Assembly (NCBI GenBank): GCA_038087875.1
Contig: CM075988.1
Location: forward strand, 4,030,001-4,094,000
DNA from: Malacoraja senta
Taxonomy: Eukaryota
Direction: 5' to 3'
Length of the DNA stretch: 64,000 nt
Position 1 is the stretch's first letter; each line of letters starts with the position of its first letter. The position numbers and the translations under genes were made by a program. Below the pieces are notes generated by a model. It was given only the letters and a program-made list of their open reading frames with translations. It did not search any database and was not told where the DNA came from. Below, piece by piece: positions 62,754 through 64,000 of this stretch.

Positions 62754-63098
62754 AGGGCTTGACCCACTTACGTGACCTTTACAGGCGACTGCCGGCAACC
62801 ATCATAGGTCGCCGAAATTTTCAACATGTTGAAAATTCAGTGGCGACCAGAAAGACGCTACGACTCTTTGGAGACCTCTTACGACCATACGAGACCTCTT
62901 ACGACCGTACAGCCTGTATGGTCGTGAGAGGTCACCCACGACAAGTTGCCAGGGGTCTCCTGTATGGTCGTGAGAGGTCTCCAAAGACTCGTAGCGTCTT
63001 TCTGGTTGCCACTGAATGTTCAACATGTTGAACATTTCGGCGACCTATGACGGGTGCCGGCAGTCACCTGTAAAGGTCGCGTAAGTGGGACAGGCCCT
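62754..63098. mobile_element. Almost fully palindromic PIF/Harbinger-like MITE
   Basis: agggcttgacccactt...aagtgggacaggccct; arms complementary nearly to the centre; TAA/TTA flanks. Confidence 0.88.
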
Positions 63099-64000
63099 TT
63101 AAGGTACAGGTTACTGAAACCTCAAGAGGCCAGTGACTCAGACAGGACAATAGAAAACCTTTTTTAATTTAACAGTATGTTTCTTCTGGCAATCACTTTT
63201 GAGTCCATCATCTGTTCGTCAAATTGCTAACACGGTTATTAATCATTGTGCCTTAATTTCCTCCATGCTGTATTCCATTGAAAGATCTTTGAAGTACGTT
63301 TCTCCCCAGCTTACTGCCTGTGGGCTGTGAGACAATGGTTCATGTCGCTACCCATTACATACTGTACATATGTAAATTATTGTTCCCACTGAACTGTGTT
63401 CAAATTGGATTTTGCTTTGATGGTGATATTCCCTGAAGGTTTCCCATAGATGTGCCGTTCAAGGTACTTGCAAGGTTTCAGAGCAAGTGGTGATGTTTAT
63501 TTGATTGCTTCCAGTCATCCTTTGCACAGAGACTCACTGCCACTTGAGTTGTATTTGTAGAAGGCAAGGAAAATAAGTAGATAATAAAGGTAGACGCAAA
63601 ACGCTGGAGTGACTCAGCAGGGCAGCATCTCTGGGGAAAAGGAATAGGTGACGTTTCGGGGTTTGGACCCTTCTTCAGACTGAGAGTGGGGGGAAGTGGG
63701 GAACTACAGGAATGAAAAGATACAGAACAAAGCATAGCCGGCTCCGATGACCGAGGTAAAGTGGGGCCCACAATGGTCCATTGTTGGCTGTGGAAGAGGT
63801 GGTAATGAAGGGATATGAACAGTGAACGATCGCGACCCGAAACATCACCTATTTATTTTCTCCAAAGATGCTGCCTGACCCGATGCTGCCTTACTCCAGC
63901 AATTTGTGTCTATCTTCGGGATAAACCCGCATTTGGTTCCTATACAAAATAAAGGTGATCGTTTCAGCTTGAATTGAGATGAACGAGGCAATGTCCACAA

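Overview
Repeat-saturated eukaryotic non-coding DNA. It is very probably from a cartilaginous fish (skate/ray-like), inferred from HE1-type V-SINEs, HER1/CR1 LINEs and Neptune-type Penelope elements. No complete host gene is supported. Nearly all ORFs in the track are retroelement fragments (CR1, L2, Rex1/Babar, RTE, Hero, Tx1, Penelope) or antisense shadows of them. There is a 200-N gap at 16617-16816. Main observations: (1) a 2.55-kb TIR-bounded non-autonomous DNA transposon (30829-33380) splits a SINE and carries captured host DNA, namely a TDP2 exon-1-like segment and an unidentified 123-nt exon-like segment with intronic flanks (Pack-type element). (2) Many Penelope-derived hammerhead-ribozyme-like motifs occur, including 95-140 bp solo units and fold-back cassettes with their own TSDs and a fixed boundary at the hammerhead core. 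(3) Two very young Penelope copies. (4) A teleost AFC-like SINE, possibly horizontally transferred. (5) A solo LTR, several MITE families, an inverted duplication about 30 kb apart, and a possible first exon/promoter at the left edge interrupted by a young L2. All family assignments come from motif recognition by eye, not from database searches.
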